A stretch of 40,792 bases of DNA from a virus, in the IMG/VR virus record IMGVR_UViG_3300029231_000023, positions 1-40,792 of that record. The stretch is one strand, 5' to 3'. Position 1 is the stretch's first letter, and the number at the start of each line of letters is the position of its first letter. The translations under genes and the position numbers were made by a program. Under the pieces are notes generated by a model that searched no databases, was not told where the DNA came from, and saw nothing but the letters and a program-made list of their open reading frames with translations. This document shows positions 39,016 through 40,792 of the stretch, piece by piece.

Positions 39016-39471
39016 TCAGAACGGAAGCTCGTTTTCGTCGCCGATCTCCATCTGCGGCATATCCGGCGAAGAGAACGGAACCGGCGTTGTGCTCGGCAGC
39101 GGCCTGAACTCCGAAGAGGCCGGTGCAGCGGCAGAAGCATTCTGCCCGTCCCGCTTGCTGTCGCCGAAATAAACGCTTTCTGCGACGATCTCCGCCGTCT
39201 TGCGCTTGTTTCCGTCCTTATCTTCCCAGTTGCGGATCTGCAAACGGCCAGACACGACGGCCATGCGGCCCTTGGAGAAATACTTGCTGACAAAATCAGC
39301 TGTATTCCGCCATGCGACAACATCAATAAAATCCGTTTCCTTCTCCGCGCCCTGCGCCGCGAAATCGCGGTCGCAGGCAAGCGTGAAGGATGCAACAGAT
39401 TTTCCGCTTTGCGTCTGCCGAAGCTCCGGGTCACGGGTCAGACGGCCCATCATAACGATTTTATTCAGCAT
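39016..39471 (-). CDS. ssb: Single-stranded DNA-binding protein
   Basis: Internal ATG at 39471: MLNKIVMMGRLTRDPELRQTQSGKSVASFTLA. Acidic tail DENELPF. Confidence 0.9.
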   Translation of the reverse strand: MLNKIVMMGRLTRDPELRQTQSGKSVASFTLACDRDFAAQGAEKETDFIDVVAWRNTADFVSKYFSKGRMAVVSGRLQIRNWEDKDGNKRKTAEIVAESVYFGDSKRDGQNASAAAPASSEFRPLPSTTPVPFSSPDMPQMEIGDENELPF

Positions 39472-40084
39472 TCTTTTTCTCCTTTCCCTGCCTCTGTGCG
39501 CACGTCCAGCAGAGGCAGCGGCCAAACTTCTTGGCCGTCTGCTCCGCAATGCTCACGCCAGAATACGTATGTCCGTTGATCGTTTCGCCCACAATCTGCT
39601 GGCCGCAGACTGCGCAATTAAATGACATTACAGATGTTTGCGGTGCTGTTTTCCTCGCCTGCGCAGGCTGGCTTTTCGCTGCCCGGCCCGTTTCCTTTGC
39701 ATATTCGTCCGTGTCCGCGTCCTTCGTATCGTCGATTGCAAAAAGGCCGTTCAGTGCGTACTTGCGGGCGTAAGAGCTGGCCGTACCTGTTACCTGCGGC
39801 TCGTCCATGCCCTTCTTGCTTTCCGGCTCACGGGCAAAGCCATACGTCGTATACTCGCCCTCACCATCGGAAATCGTAGCCTTTGCCCTAACATAAATGC
39901 GGTTTCCGATCTCTACAATCTCGTCGGATATCGTCAGAATGCAGCTCTGCGCCTGAAGCAGAGGCTTCACAGCCTCCAAAATGCTTTCGCAGGAACGGTA
40001 GTTGTAACCGCCGAAGCTATTCTTCTTGTCCTTCGGCGCTTTCAGCTGCGCCTGAATGGCATTCAGCTTTTCTGTTAATTTCAT
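39461..40084 (-). CDS. erf: ERF-family single-strand annealing recombinase
   Basis: GGYNYRSCESILEAVKP and TGTASSYARKYALNGLF motifs. C-terminal zinc ribbon. Confidence 0.8.
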   Translation of the reverse strand: MKLTEKLNAIQAQLKAPKDKKNSFGGYNYRSCESILEAVKPLLQAQSCILTISDEIVEIGNRIYVRAKATISDGEGEYTTYGFAREPESKKGMDEPQVTGTASSYARKYALNGLFAIDDTKDADTDEYAKETGRAAKSQPAQARKTAPQTSVMSFNCAVCGQQIVGETINGHTYSGVSIAEQTAKKFGRCLCWTCAQRQGKEKKNAE

Positions 40085-40323
40085 TTGTTTTCCAAGTCCT
40101 CCTTCAAATCATCAGTTTCGGGCGGTATCAGCTCGCTCGGAATCTCCAGCGGGCAATAATACCCGCGTTTCTGCCACGCCGGAATCAATTCCCCAGTCCT
40201 CATGCACTGCCGCCTGCTATACGTTTGCAGCAGGGGGCAAATATCACATTCGATATGCCCGGTGGGAAAAAAGATTGATACCCGGCATTCGCACGGTATG
40301 TATATCTCTTCGGCGCGCGTCAT
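40081..40323 (-). CDS. Small Cys-rich protein
   Basis: 80 aa. CEC...CDIC...C...C. ATGA coupling on both sides. Confidence 0.5.
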   Translation of the reverse strand: MTRAEEIYIPCECRVSIFFPTGHIECDICPLLQTYSRRQCMRTGELIPAWQKRGYYCPLEIPSELIPPETDDLKEDLENK

Positions 40324-40792
40324 TCAGCCTCCACAAATTCACCGTTTTTCAGGCAGTACCATGTATCGGCCTTGATCTTCTCGCCGTCTACATATTCCGT
40401 CTTCACGCAGCGCGGAACGAACCGTCCTTTTTCGTCGGAATATTCCCACTCCGCAAGCGTGATCCAGCTTCCTGCCTTTGCCTTTACGGCAGAGCCGTTG
40501 CCAGCGCAGCAGATCACGGAGTCTTCGCCGGTACTATTGATCTTGGCGTAGTTGCCCGAACTGCCGATCTTGGCGGAGTTGCCCGAGCTGCCGATCTTGG
40601 CGTAGTTGCCCGAACTGCCGATCTTGGCGGAGTTGCCCGAACTGCCGATCTTGGCGGAGTTGCCCGAGCTGCCGATCTGGGCGTAGTCGCCCGAGCTGCC
40701 GATCTGGGCGGAGTCGCCCGAGCTGCCGATCTTGGCGGAGTAGCCCGAGCTGCCGATCTTGGCGGAGTAGCCCGAGCTGCCGATCTTGGCGG
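40320..40792 (-). CDS. 3' part of the early repeat protein (repeat array plus a C-terminal globular domain)
   Basis: The frame is open from 40792 down to the stop at 40320. C-terminal sequence ...WITLAEWEYSDEKGRFVPRCVKTEYVDGEKIKADTWYCLKNGEFVEAE. In frame with 511..1 across the window junction. Confidence 0.8.
   Translation of the reverse strand, partial: AKIGSSGYSAKIGSSGYSAKIGSSGDSAQIGSSGDYAQIGSSGNSAKIGSSGNSAKIGSSGNYAKIGSSGNSAKIGSSGNYAKINSTGEDSVICCAGNGSAVKAKAGSWITLAEWEYSDEKGRFVPRCVKTEYVDGEKIKADTWYCLKNGEFVEAE
40544..40792. repeat. 27-bp tandem repeat, 9 units plus 6 nt (right part of the array)
   Basis: Units start at 40544 and recur every 27 nt to 40786. The final tggcgg equals window positions 1-6. 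Confidence 0.95.

Larger units (their letters stand above)
1..40792. mobile_element. Complete temperate siphovirus-like phage genome, circularly permuted contig
   Basis: Integrase plus attP-like tRNA fragment, CI/Cro-like switch, Erf/SSB, TerS/TerL/portal/capsid/tail/tape measure/fibres/holin/endolysin are all present. No host housekeeping genes. The window ends overlap by 6 nt inside one repeat array. Confidence 0.8.

Noticed and set aside
40544-40792. The 27-bp array at 1-150 and 40544-40792, and the 15-bp array at 31405-31530, as possible CRISPR arrays
   Set aside because: The units are directly tandem with no spacers. The periods of 27 and 15 nt are multiples of 3 and lie inside long open reading frames. 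No cas genes are present.

Overview
The window is a complete temperate siphovirus-type phage genome of about 40.8 kb. It appears to be a circularly closed contig that was cut inside a coding 27-bp tandem repeat. The last 6 nt equal the first 6 nt, the repeat phase is continuous across the ends, and one minus-strand ORF reads in frame through the junction.

Nearly all genes are on the minus strand. In transcription order:
- Early region: Cro-like and Xis-like HTH genes (3246->2852), small early genes plus a roughly 390-bp iteron-like non-coding region (2841->529), and the repeat protein (511->1, continuing 40792->40320).
- Recombination and replication: Erf, SSB and a replisome-organizer-like gene (40084->38241).
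- Accessory early/middle genes: DUF551-like, ASCH, HNH, Lar-like and RuvC-like genes plus many small Cys-rich proteins (38241->33174).
- Late control and packaging: a RinA-like late regulator (33134), a ParB-methyltransferase fusion, TerS, TerL and portal (32626->28280).
- An unusual 4-gene fibre/BspA-LRR cassette (28275->25999).
- Head genes: MuF-like, HK97-gp10-like, scaffold and major capsid (25904->22639).
- Tail genes: connectors, major tail protein, G/GT chaperone with a -1 frameshift site, tape measure, baseplate proteins and two tail-collar fibre paralogs (22623->13952).
- Lysis cassette (13920->12300).

The plus strand carries the lysogeny module (3400-7559). It holds a CI-like repressor, AT-rich orphan genes, a membrane-anchored XRE protein and a tyrosine integrase. 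Next to it is an attP-like 3' fragment of a tRNA-Ser(GCU).

The most interesting candidate is a 10-gene cargo operon (11906->7875) between the lysis cassette and attP. It follows an intrinsic terminator, has its own perfect consensus promoter, and encodes compositionally odd proteins with no virion, replication or known defence signature. Among them are Q/P-rich and Gly-rich membrane proteins, Cys-rich tails and a BclA-C-terminal/C1q-like protein.

Other notable signals:
- A duplicated 15-nt box plus hairpin at two late-operon junctions.
- A 58-nt palindrome upstream of the packaging genes.
- Two palindromic operator/promoter switches.
- Convergent overlapping transcription in the immunity region.

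All functional calls come from motif recognition by eye. No database search, fold prediction or computed statistic was available.
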